Below are positions 1 through 11,606 of a stretch of 64,000 bases of DNA, piece after piece. This DNA comes from Azolla caroliniana. Lineage: Eukaryota > Plantae > Polypodiophyta. Location of the stretch: NCBI GenBank assembly GCA_043228905.1, contig JBHGNT010000010.1, forward strand, positions 17,546,001 to 17,610,000, read 5' to 3'. Every line of letters begins with the position of its first letter. The first letter of the stretch is position 1. Made by a program: the position numbers and the translations under genes. Below the pieces are notes generated by a model. That model did not search any database, was not told the DNA's origin, and saw only the letters and a program-made list of their open reading frames with translations.

Positions 1-57
1 TATACATACACGTATTGTTACACAAAGTGTGTGTATTTGTCGCCGTATTGTAAAGAG

Positions 58-656
58 TAGCAATAGGCCCAGTTTCAGCTCGAACCGAACCGTTAAGCCA
101 TGATTTAAAAGTTTATAAGTTCCAAAATAATTAAATGGTTTTGTTTCGTTTCGTTTTAATTCTTCATAAACGGTTCGGTTTGATTCTGAAACTGGGGTTT
201 ATCGGTTTAAGTGGTTTGGTTTAAAGGTTTATAGGTTTTCGGGCTACCTTTTTTTATCCTTTAAATGTTTATGTAATTTAATGGTTTAGTTCATGTTTTT
301 TATTGATTTAATTCACTTAACTTAAATGTTTATCTAATCTAATGGCTTAATTAATGCTTATTTATTTAATTACATAATTTAACATAAAGACTGATTTAAT
401 TTAACGTATTTTTATTTATTTAATTTTTAATTAGTTTGGCTTAAATGTGGTTAGGTTTAAACTTTTTATTAAATGGCTCGGTTTGCTTTCAACTTTTCCC
501 TAAATGTTTTTGGTTTACCTTTTCTTAAATGGTTTGGTTTAATGACTTGAAAGTTCAAAAACGGTTTGGTTTGGTTTTTGTTTTATATAAATGGTTTGGT
601 TCAGTTCGGTTTGGTTTCAAGGCAAAGAAACCGAAACTGAACCGGGCCCATTGGTA
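58..656. mobile_element. hAT-type MITE (AACCG/GGTT-rich family), complete copy
   Basis: Imperfect TIRs TAGCAATAGGCCCAGTTT / AACCGGGCCCATTGGTA. 8-bp flanks GTAAAGAG (50-57) and GCAAAGAG (657-664) match 7/8. Many subterminal AACCG/CGGTT motifs around an AT-rich core. Confidence 0.7.
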
Positions 657-904
657 GCAAAGAGGAGAGAAGAGAAAAAGGAGGGGAATGTGTGTGGAGA
701 GGGCCATTTCATATGAAATTCTCAACCTAGACAAAGCGAATGTGAAAATACATTACACAAAGGCATACAACCAAAGAGAGCCAAAGACAGATAGACCTCT
801 TCATATGGCATTCTCGATATCGTCTTATCTTATCACACCCCTCTGCACCAACCTTCTTCGTAGCTATACTATTCCTTCCTCCGAGTCGAATCGGATGTGC
901 TCAC

Positions 905-1125
905 TGTTTCCATTTCCTGACAATGGCTTTGAAATCTAAATCCAAATGGGTCACTATTCAATGGATATCCTCCCTAATTAGAACATTTTTTATTATTAAT
1001 TGAATACAAACCAAATGAGCCAGTTGTTTCCCTTCCCTATCAATGACTTTGAGATCTAAATCCAAAAGGGTCACCATTCAATGGATATCCTCCCATTAGA
1101 ACATTTTTTATTAATCAAATACAAA
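905..1125. repeat. ~120-bp tandem duplication
   Basis: tgtttcc...atctaaatccaaa.gggtcac.attcaatggatatcctccc...ttagaacatttttta occurs at ~905-1010 and ~1026-1125. Confidence 0.8.
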
Positions 1126-1877
1126 AGAGTTTGATGGTCAACATAGAAAAGTGACTAGCTTAGTAGGTAGTGTTTGAACTTCTTAGTTCCATAAATCATA
1201 GCTAGCCTCAAGCTCCATTGTTGAGTGCTACCAGTCAACTTTGGATAACATGTTGTTGGTGTATTACATAATTACATCCTTAAATTGAAAAACTTTCACC
1301 CCACGAACACTCCTAAATAATGGATAACAATTGAAGAACGTAGCGCATATCTATTAGTGACGCATCATTGTTATCCATGATGTCTAAAGAATTCAGAACC
1401 TAGTGATGGTGTTGCATATGTAGCGATGATCTTCTAGAAATTTCTAGACAACAATTGAAGGATATTCTAGAAGTTTTTCAATTCATAACCTAGTGTTGTT
1501 GATAGCCCTTAGTGCATATCTATGTGTGACGCATCATTGTTATCCATGTTGTCATTGTTGTCTAAAGAATCCAGAACCTAGTGACAGTGTGACCAATATG
1601 GTCTAAACATAAGCTTCCTTAAAGGACATCTACATGAGGTGTTGTATGATTGGGGAAATATCTAGATGTGCATTGGCACAACATCAAGATAGTTGGACAA
1701 CTAACATGTTTCTCACCTATGATTAGGAGCTTGATGTATCAAGTCATCTCGAATGCGAGCAACCAACATTATGTCAACCATATGAAATCCAATTGTGGGG
1801 TATCCTTATCACCACAGAGGTTTGACCCATTGATACAACTCCTAAGTGGTGGTCCAATCTGCATATCTTCCATCTCT

Positions 1878-2116
1878 AGTCACTAGAATTGGTAGTAACA
1901 CATGGACAACCAACATAAGCAATGCTCAATGTAGCACAATATTTGTTGCACATCGTCCATCTTAGTCACTAGAATTGGTAGTAACACATGGACAACCAAC
2001 ATAAGCAATGCTCAATGTAGCACAATATTTGTTGCACATCGTCCATCTTAGTCACTAGAATTGGTAGTAACATCTGGACAACCAAAATAAGCAATGCTCA
2101 ATGTAGCACAATATTT
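1878..2116. repeat. 86-bp tandem repeat, ~2.8 near-identical copies
   Basis: agtcactagaattggtagtaaca... starts at 1878, 1964 and 2050. Confidence 0.9.
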
Positions 2117-2914
2117 CCTTCATCAAAAAGGTTAGCCATGGAGCACGTGAATCAATTCAATGGCCAACATCAAGGTGATCTTTATCTCGATCAAGTAGAG
2201 GAAGACCAATACAAGTGAGTGAGTGTTCTCTAGTGCCATTGCCAACAACTTTGTTCATTCAAGTGGGGCACATAGCTCATTTGTGTAGGAAACACCATGT
2301 GTACCTAGCAAACCCCAAATCATCTAATGACTCTTGTTTCTTCTATCGTCACAATCAAAATCATGTCAGTCTAGTGGATCGGTGTTGCGAAAATACACAT
2401 GTGCGTGTAAAACACGAATGGGACCACTAGGGACTTGAACTACAGAGGACATGGTGGGCTTGAGCTACGGCTTGGATGCTTAGATGATCATTTACTTCTT
2501 CATAACTCGTGTGTGCATGAGTGCGTGTGTATTTGAGCAGGTATGTGAGTATGGATACAAGTATGTAGTAGAGTGTGTGAAAGACGTGCAAGTTACATAA
2601 ATATTTATGAAAGAAACGTAGAATCATGCACAAGTATATGGGCACATATAAGTATAGTAGAATACAAGGAAGTGTATATAGGCAAAAGGTGGCGGTGCTT
2701 GGCGACACCAAAGGATCAAGCCTCGAGTGAAGGCTTGAGTCGTAGGCTCCAAGATTGGCCAAATTTACAAATCTGGCCTCCTCATCTCAGAGAGAATTCT
2801 CAAAGAAATACTCTTCTCTCCTCCCATTGGGCGCTGTCCGATGGACATGACATCGGCTCCGGTCAATGTGGGGGGTTCACACTACCAAATTAATTACACC
2901 ACAACAAACGGTTC

Positions 2915-3230
2915 TTAATTCCCTCTTGTTCCTACTTAATCCAAATCCCCTCCAAAACAAAAACATTTCCTCTCTTACTTCTTAATTAATCCCCTCCAAA
3001 AACACAAAAGACATTTTCTCTCTTCTTCCTAATTAATCCTGTGGCCCCGCCCCCCAAAAAAAACAAACAAAACACTTTTTCTCTCTTCTACTTAATTAAT
3101 TAATCCCCTCCAAAATAAAACACATTTTCTCTCCTCTTCTTCCTAATTAATCTCCTCCAAAACACTAAAACACATTTTCTACTCCTCTTCTTCCTAATTA
3201 ATCTCCCCAAAACACAAAACACATTTTCCT
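2915..3230. repeat. degenerate ~50-bp minisatellite (about 6 units) upstream of RPL19
   Basis: Recurring unit aattaatcccctccaaaacac..aaacacattttctctc..cttcttcct. Confidence 0.75.
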
Positions 3231-3337
3231 GTCGCTCTAAGTTCCACTTTCTAAATTCCTTTTACCTTTTATTATTATTATTTTTCTACTGTTAACAGTT
3301 TTTCTCATATAACGAACGTATTGTAGATATAGTGAAG

Positions 3338-3387
3338 TGGACGGCCCTGATCGTCCAGGATTCCCGAAACGAGATCAGGGCCGTCCA
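3338..3387. promoter_or_regulatory. perfect 15-bp inverted repeat in the proximal promoter of RPL19
   Basis: TGGACGGCCCTGATC (3338-3352) and GATCAGGGCCGTCCA (3373-3387) with a 20-nt spacer. The repeat is seen directly; a regulatory role is inferred. Confidence 0.45.
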
Positions 3388-3460
3388 AATTCTGACGAGG
3401 CTTTTGTGAACGAACACATACAAACACACACACAGAGTCTCTCTCTCTCTTATCTACAAG

Positions 3461-3496
<36 letters not shown>

Positions 3497-3505
3497 TAAG
3501 CTTCC

Positions 3506-6500
3506 ATGGCGAGCTCTTGCGTAACACAGGTTTGTTCTCTCTCTCTCTCTCTCTCTCTCGTCTGTTTTTGAACATCATTTGATATGCGGATCATCATCAT
3601 CATCATCTTCTTCTTCTTCTTCTTTTTGTTCTTGTTCTTCTTCTCGGACTCCCTTTCCAATCTCCCTGTCTGAATAACATTTGTCTTCTCCTAACTTCTT
3701 CTTCTTCCATCCTCATCTTCACCTGAAATACCAATTTTGGAAAATTTATGGTTCTGTTCATTATTTATCCTCCCCCCCCCCCCCCCTCCAGGTTTCAGCT
3801 TCTCTCGCTGGGATCAAAACTCTAAGCTTTCCTTCATCAAGCAGAAAATCTTCCAGTGTGAAGCTATGTCAGATCAAGAGTGGAATGTGGGGGTCCTCTT
3901 TAAACCTAAAAGCAAGCGTCCATAGTCCACTGATCAGAAGACAGAGGAAAATCTTTGTCTGTGAAGCTGAAGCTACCTCTACATCAGAGACTGACATAGA
4001 AGTAGAAGTACTCACATCTACGCAAGAAGAAGAAGAAGTAAAGAAAGAAGAGAACGATGGAGAAAACGAAATAGAAGGAGAGGTAGAAGTGGTACAAACC
4101 CTACAGCCTGCTAAGACAGGGAAGGTCAAGAAAACAAAGGGTTTGAAGAACATTATGCAGGTTAGTGTCTCCTTTACATGTGTTAATAGAATTGGATGTC
4201 CTAGAAGCTTCTACAATATTCTTCATTTTTCATAAGAAACTTCTAGAATATTCTTTGAATGGTTTTGTTTAATCTTCTGATGCATCATTGAGTTGTTTTT
4301 CTGGAGTACTCTGAGCTTACAGTTTACTTCAGTTATTCTTGAAATGTTGATGTCTAAAAGCCTTTGCTGTTCTTGTCTAGGAACTTCTAGAACATTGTTG
4401 AATTGTCATCTGTGTGACCAATTTTTTAAGGTTTTGTCTGTATGTAGGAGCATTAGGCCAGTGAGTGGATAATAGTTGGAATTGAACAAGCTGATAGGTC
4501 ACCTCCACTTAAATCTATAGGTGATTAATAGGAAATAGACGAGTTACCTCCTATAGAAATGCTCTGTTTGCCTACAATGTTCTAGACTGGTCGTGTAGAA
4601 ATCTGTAGAATATTGTTGAATGTCTGTTGAATAAGGAATCCTTGAAGATCATATGTTTTTCGTGTTTGAACATGCTTCTCTGCCTAATTTCTTTCATGGC
4701 CTTATGGTATTAGCCTTCCAATAGGAAAAAATTTGTACTGTGTATTTCCAACCTTTACTGCTCATCTTTTGTGAGCTTTTCTAGCAGTATTTCACTATTT
4801 AGAAACAATTTAATTTCTAGGATCCAATGACTGGATCTGCATTGATATCAGTTACGAACATTGTTATACTTATGTGGATGATACTTCATCTGTGAAATTG
4901 TTCGACACAATTATTCTCACTTTACCAGTCTCAAGCCTTGAGAGATACTCTGCCACTGCGTCAAGAGCCCATGCATTGTGAATTCAAATCCCAGGTGAAT
5001 TATCATCTATCATGCAGATTTTGTCACCAAGTATAGTATTATGATGTGTTCTGCATGGAAAGAAAATTTCTTCCACAACAGATGATAGCAGAACTTTTTG
5101 CCGCTATAGACAATTGAAAAATTTCTAGAATATCCTTGAATTGTTGTGTAGAAATTTCTAGAATATTGTCAAGTTATCGTCTACAAACTCGTAGACCGGT
5201 CATCTAGAACATTCTTGAATGACTGTCTAATAACTTGTAGAATACTCTTGAATTGCTATCTAGTAAGTTGACATCTATTGAAGAATCGTTGTCTAGAAAC
5301 TTCTCTACAATCAACAATATTCTCGAAAGGGCAATACTCATCCATGTGAGATCGTAATGTTCGCGAGGACATCTTTGCTTGATATTTATTATGCTTTGGA
5401 ATGCCCCATATGTTGGGCTTCTTACACCATGCAAACTTCTTAATGGTTAGGGTTAACCAGTGTCTTTTAATTGGTTTGATTTGGTGTTCAAGGTTTACAC
5501 ATGGTCATGGTGGTTAAACAAAAGCTCTTAACTGATATAAGGTTTACATGATGGTTTTAACAAAGCCTCTCAGCTGGTTTGAACTATTTTTTCAACCATT
5601 AGGTTTTGGAAAGCAAATATTTAAAAACTGCATTTTTAGGGTTCAAGAAAATTCTTTCAATCAGGGTTTACACCCTGTAATTGTTTTTGGCTCAAAGGCT
5701 CTGAATCGGTTTAGAATTTGGGTTTTATGGTTTACGCCCAACAATAGTTGGCTAGACAAAAATTTCTTAACTGGATTTGGGTTAGTTTACGGTTGACACC
5801 CTGTTAAGGTGTGTTAAACTAAAGGTTCTTAACATGGCGGCACATATGCCCATTTTGTGTTCCCGTAGAACTCCTCCATACTATCTGCGCAACTGCAGCT
5901 TAACGGCTTATTGGTTTAAACAGTAAACAGTTCGATTCAGTAAATGGTTTGATGGTTTTTTTATTTTTTATTTTTTTTATTTTAAAAAAATTACAAATGT
6001 TTAAGCCTAATTCTCACATTTTAGGAAAAACCTTTGAAATTTTGAAAATTTAAAATTTGAAATAATGAAAAATTTTGAATTTTGACCTAAGTGGTTTTAG
6101 CAGTTTTATGGTTTACGGGTTTGGATTTTTACCTAACTGTTCAGTTTAAACGGTTTCGTGGTTTGGTTCGGTTCAGGTTTCAATATTTTTAAACGGTTTG
6201 GTTTCAAACCGCTTTGGTTTGAACACTCTCGAACTGAACCGAACCATTGCCGATTGCTAATCTTATGCTTATGGTTTTTGGCGTTGGATTGTTTTAATGA
6301 GTTATGGACACTTTGTTTGAAAGCTGGAACACCATTTCTCAAGTCAATAATTTATCTCCAATATTACAATGTCTTATTTGGTTGCAGACGCTACACCAAA
6401 GAGCTGTGGAAGCGGCCTCCGAAGGAAGGAATATTCCGGACCTTAGAACTGGTGACATTGTTCAATTAAGAGTGGTAAGGGAATATTCTGAACCTTAGAA

Positions 6501-7117
6501 CTGGTGACATTGTATTGACATAATAATGTTATTAAAAGTGACATTATTCCTTGATATAATAGCTATGTATGCATAAATTTGTTCTTATTCTCATCACTAT
6601 TATTATCATGTGTTGAGTTGAAGAAATAATTGCTAGTTGCAACAAATTAATTACACAGGAAGTTCCCCAAAATAAGAAAAGGATATCTCTTCTTCGAGGC
6701 ATAGTGATTGCAAAGCATAATGCTGGTATTCACACAACATTCAGGATTCGTCGAGTTATTGCTGGAGTAGGGGTTGAGATGGTCTTTCCAATGTAAGTAC
6801 TTAGAATATAAAATTTCTTTTACCACTTTTTAGGGCAATCATCTGTTTTCAATACTTGGGTTGTGCAAATTGATGTGTCAAAACCGTTACAACATTAAAC
6901 ACATTTTGCTTGAGAATCTTGTAATGTAGATTTGTTTTTCTCTTAATCAAGTAGTCCATTGATCCATCATTTTTATCGTGGCTTTTGATGATATGATGTT
7001 CTTCTTTGTAGATATTCACCCAACATCAAAGAGATCAAGGTTGTAAATAGTCGGAAAGTGCGTCGGGCGAAGCTTTACTACCTCCGAGACAAACTTGCAA
7101 GATTGTCTACTGTGTAA
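3506..7117 (+). CDS. RPL19: nuclear-encoded plastid 50S ribosomal protein L19 (bL19c) with transit peptide
   Basis: Exons 3506-3529, 3792-4160, 6388-6474, 6659-6792, 7012-7117, all GT-AG and in frame. Ser-rich transit peptide, acidic linker, then [86 protein letters not shown], the L19 signature. Confidence 0.95.
5890..6259. mobile_element. hAT-type MITE copy with one end truncated, in RPL19 intron 2
   Basis: Colinear with 33553-34011 (gcttaacggctt..., attctcacattttagg, ttttgaccta, ggttcggttcaggtttcaa). Right TIR is CGAACCATTGCCGATTGCTA. Confidence 0.8.
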
Positions 7118-8934
7118 ACCTTTCTATTTTTAGCTCAAGGATTCTTTTAGCGTTTCTAGTTTTGTATTAATGAGTAATGCAGACGTTTTGTCATCCAAAG
7201 GCCTCAAATATTTGATCTTTTCTTTCCTTACCCAGTAAACAATAGAATTTTGTTTCTACAAAGTTTTGTTGTATTGAAAGTTCATTTCTTTTTACTGGTA
7301 GACAAATAAATGATATTTTGCACCAATTCATAAGTTATGATTCATGAACATCAATGGCAAGATCAATTTAGTACAACAAATATAAGGGTATAAATGAAAT
7401 CTATAGAATATCTAATTGTATTTAAGTTATTGGATGATGGAGTTGAATTCTCGATGGTGTCAAACAATTGCGAACTATGGAGTCGTAAATAATTCTGCCA
7501 AAAATTTGCAAAATTAGCTATGTAGAGGCTCATGTTTGAGGATTTTCTAAAAATTCTTGTTTTCAACACGAGATTACCTATTTTTCATGATAAAAGAAAT
7601 GGTCATAGAATTCAATATCAAAACAAGACTTTAGTGTTTTTTTTAAAAAGAATTAAGTTTATAGCCAAAGAAATGTTTTTTTTATGCAGCCTTGTGATAA
7701 TTGCTAGTTGGAGATGAGACCTTGATTTTTTGTATATGAGTTTTTTATTATGTGAAATTTAAGCACGCCAATGTGTATGATATTTTGAGGAGAGTTTGGA
7801 ATGTATTTCTATCATCATTTCATAAAATGCAATATCAATGGAGTATCTATATATTAGTATTTCAAAGTGCATCATCAAGTTAGCATGATGGTGGGATGTA
7901 TTTTACCATGATGGATATGTCTTTAGTTGGAAGGAATCTTGCATCATGAAGCCTTATATTGATAAATGATTCTTAGCCTTTTGAATGTGTCTGTCTACTA
8001 GATTCCCTCTCCCTACATAATTCTCTAGTTGACAGCATGTGCACTTTGCAATTGCAGTGCTTATCATAAAATGCTTAAACATTGAGAGTTTCCAAACCAC
8101 ACATGCTTTATGGAAAAGCTCCATGTTCATGGAGTAGAATTGTATATGTGGTTACAATGATGCTAATAAGGAGCGTTTTTTTTGTTCTCATTACCCTCAA
8201 CTACGTCGAGAAGATGCTAAGGCATTATGGAGAAGAAGAATTAGAAGTGTATTAACACCTTTAAAACGATTGAAAGCTAAACATTGTTCTAGATGCTTAA
8301 TGGAATAAATATAGTAGTCCATTAAGATGCATGCCATGATGATATGTCACGAATATCCATAAAATGAAAAGAACATTAAGCTTGGGATGTCAAGTTTTGT
8401 TTTTGTCAAAAGCTTGGGAGTAAGATCTTATATTTAAGAATCACATAATATCTAGATGGTCGATTTAGAGGGAGATTGAGTAACATTCTATTGAGCATAA
8501 AGGATTGGTGCATGGGAAAACAAAGAATCAAGTATCGTGGTAGCCATTACTCAATGGATGTATTCCTCTAATGATTCAACATTTTGTATGCGGACAACAA
8601 TTGGTGGCAACATGCATTATCTTTTTTTCGGTGGGCACCATCAAGTGATTGAGAATTTTGTAATTGTTGCTTGTTTCTTCTTGAGTGTTGTTGTATTGAC
8701 ATGGAAAAGAGAAGTTGAGATCTTAATTCAATTGTTTATTTCAATTGGGGGTTGTACATTTGGGATATGTGGTTCATACTGAATCTCAAAGGTTGTCGGA
8801 ATTTGAAGATGCGAAACGATGGTTATGTTGTTGAGAATCAAGCTCAAGCTAGTCTAGTGTGTGAACACACCCTTTGAGAATCTATGAGTACTCAAAGGTC
8901 AAAAGTCACCACTACTTTCTACACATTAACTATG

Positions 8935-9292
8935 TGTCATAGAATCATATTCTGTCACACATACCTAACGAGTTCCATATTCCCTAGGACTAATGAGTCT
9001 CCACATTCCCCGAGGTTCTAGAGAGAGAGAGAGCGCGTTTTAGTGAGTTAATGAAGAGAGAGGGCGAGTCTATATAAAGCACCCTCCTCCTACTTTGTAA
9101 TTGTTGGTTAATCTCCTTTGTAATACTCATATCGTTGTAATTGTTCTCCATTTCTTGTTGATACATCCATGATTCCATCCATCTTGAGTACTCATTTTCC
9201 TATCTATTTATCTTGTGTCTCTCCTCTTTCACACGCACATAACATACACATACATCTCTTCCGTTGCACAAAATCATATCCGATTCTTTACA
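8935..9292 (+). mobile_element. probable solo LTR
   Basis: Ends TGTCATAGAATC...GATTCTTTACA (imperfect terminal IR), internal TATATAAA, flanked by TATG on both sides (8931-8934, 9293-9296). Confidence 0.5.
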
Positions 9293-10126
9293 TATGCATT
9301 CCCCTAAATTATGGATTTATTTGGGAGAAATTGCAAGATAACCATTTTTGCGTGGATCTTTGCCATTGAAAGCAAATGTTGCACGTCAGGTGGACTAATG
9401 GTTACAGGATGGTACACGCTTGTTATAGATCACCACAAATATATTGTATCATCATGCAATGGCATCATTATATTGTTTATCTCCTCAAGTAGAAAATGTC
9501 TGGAATGCATGTAAGTCAAATACAAGGTGGTGGCAAAATATTACATGGTTGGCATTCCCATTTGCCATTTCGTGCAAAGGTATTCATATGAAGAGTCATG
9601 ATTAGTGGACTCCCAATAGGTTTAGCCTTAAAGGGGCAGGGACTAGGGTCAGACACATGATTCTTTTGCACCGTTCCGTTGGAGAACAATACACATAGGT
9701 TCATTAAATGGCCTATAGTGTGTATCATTTGGAAGTATTTATTGGACATTTGGCAAGTTTTAACTTGTTATTTGAGGCCCAAACGATGTGTTTTTTTTTA
9801 GTATGTTCAAAGTGGTCAAAATGACGAGCTACATATGTTGTTCCAATTTTTACGATATTGGGGACTGCAATACAATTGGAATATGTGGAATTTCATGTTT
9901 GATGATAGACATGGGGTGAAAACCTATATGACGAAGTTGAAAGCTATTCTTATGTGAAATTTCTAGATGTTAGATCGTGTAGGGATCATTATCTCAAGGG
10001 CATATTCGGGTATTCTAGTGGCTATACGTGACATCCCTCTCCTTACATAGGATAGGATAGGTAGGTAGAGGAGACTAAGAAGTGTTGTAACAAGCAGTTT
10101 TACATACAATTAATATAATTGTGTGC

Positions 10127-10170
<44 letters not shown>

Positions 10171-10494
10171 AACTCAAAGGTGCAACCCTTGTTATATGCA
10201 TCCCATGCAAACATAACTAAGTACTCATTTGAGCATACCAACATAGTTTGTCTAGTTGCTCCCAATTTACATCGAGGAAGTGAGATAAGAAAGCATGTTG
10301 CAACTGCCATATTATGTTAACCTTGAGAAGGAAACATTGTGGTGAGTGGGAAAACCACCTTCGGGGGCAAAGGAAAAAGAACTTAGGTGCATGGCATCCC
10401 ACAAGAGGATTAATCCAAGTGGGTGGGCACCCCTTTGTGTATGTGTCTGCGTCGCGTATGCACCTACCTCTACATCTATGTCGGTGCATGCTAG

Positions 10495-10845
10495 GAATCG
10501 ACAATGGTGTGGTTTCAGCTTAACCGGTTTGGCCTTATCCAAAACAAACTGGTTAAGCCTAATCCCGTTTGGCCTTGTCCAAACCAAACTGGTTAAACCT
10601 AAAACGGTTTGGGAGTTTCCAAACTTGAATTGAATCAGTTCCTAGACTGGTTAAGCCTAAACTAGTTTAGGAACGAGTTTAGCCAAGTTGATTAAGCCTT
10701 AACCAACTTGGTAACCGATTCGGCTTGGGCCATCCGAACCGAGCTCAAATCCTAGACTGAATTGAACTGAACCTCCAAACCTCCAAACCGTTTAAAAACG
10801 ATTTAACGGTTCAATTTAGGCTTGAGTTGAGCCGTGTTGTCGTGC
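10495..10845. mobile_element. AACC/GGTT-rich MITE-like element upstream of the KH gene
   Basis: Dense aaccg/ggtt/aagcct motifs like the other MITEs. Ends and TSD could not be resolved. Confidence 0.5.
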
Positions 10846-11210
10846 CATCGTCTCATCTTGCTTTTGCTAGAAGGAAGAGTGTGTGGGGTAGGGGAATTTG
10901 TTGGTTAAACCAAAGAGGGGCATTTTCGTAATTAGCTTAAAATACACGAGTGACGTAATTAGCTAAAATATGTGTTGAAGAGGTGTTAAGGATTGGGGGG
11001 GGGGGGCAATTTTGTAATAACAGAAAAGTAGAAGAGACTTACATACGCTTTGCCAAGAAAGTAAGAAGTAAAAGAAAAAGAAGAAAAAGGAGAGAGAGAG
11101 AGAGAGGAAGAAAACACTTCTGCGGTTAAATCTTCTCCACCTCTGTTCCTGTTCTGTTCTGTTCCTGTTCTGTGTCTTTGGATCTTCTTGTTTGCTCCCG
11201 CGACCACAAT

Positions 11211-11547
11211 TAGGGTTTCTGTGCTCTCTTCCCCCCCCCCCCCCCCTTTTCATGCTCCCGTGAAACAGAATTAGGGTTTCCTCCTCATCCCCACAGGTAA
11301 CATCTTCTCCCTCTCTCCCTCTCCCTCTCTCGCTCACAAAACATACCAGGGTTTCTGAGCTCTTCCACTTTCCTGTCACTCAATCTTTAGGGTTTCTGAG
11401 CTCACTTACTCTCTCTCCCCCCCCCCCCTCTGTCATTTATAAATTAGGGTTTCTTATCTCTTTCTCTCTATCTTTCAAGAATTAGGCTTTTTTAGAGTAA
11501 GGAGTTTTTAGATCTCCTTCCCCCCTGCCACTCAAGAATTAGGGTTT
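11211..11547. promoter_or_regulatory. cluster of telo-boxes (TAGGGTTT) in the 5' UTR and leader intron
   Basis: TAGGGTTT at 11211, 11272, 11388, 11445 and 11540. Probable leader intron 11297-11589 (GT...CAG). Confidence 0.6.
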
Positions 11548-11606
11548 CCTCCGTTGTTTCTTAGAATAGACGTTTCTTGTACTTCGCAGATTGACCGAGA
11601 AAAGCA

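Noticed and set aside
1878-2116. CRISPR-like appearance of regularly spaced repeats
   Set aside because: Whole 86-bp units are repeated with no unique spacers, the context is eukaryotic, and there are no cas genes.
7600-8700. Possible hAT transposase relic (WNKYSSPL..., DW...SSNDSTFC)
   Set aside because: The motifs are too degraded to support by eye; a frameshift-aware HMM search is needed.
10086-10302. Possible solo LTR (TGTAACAAGC...GCATGTTGCA)
   Set aside because: Flanks AGTGT and ACTGC do not form a convincing TSD.
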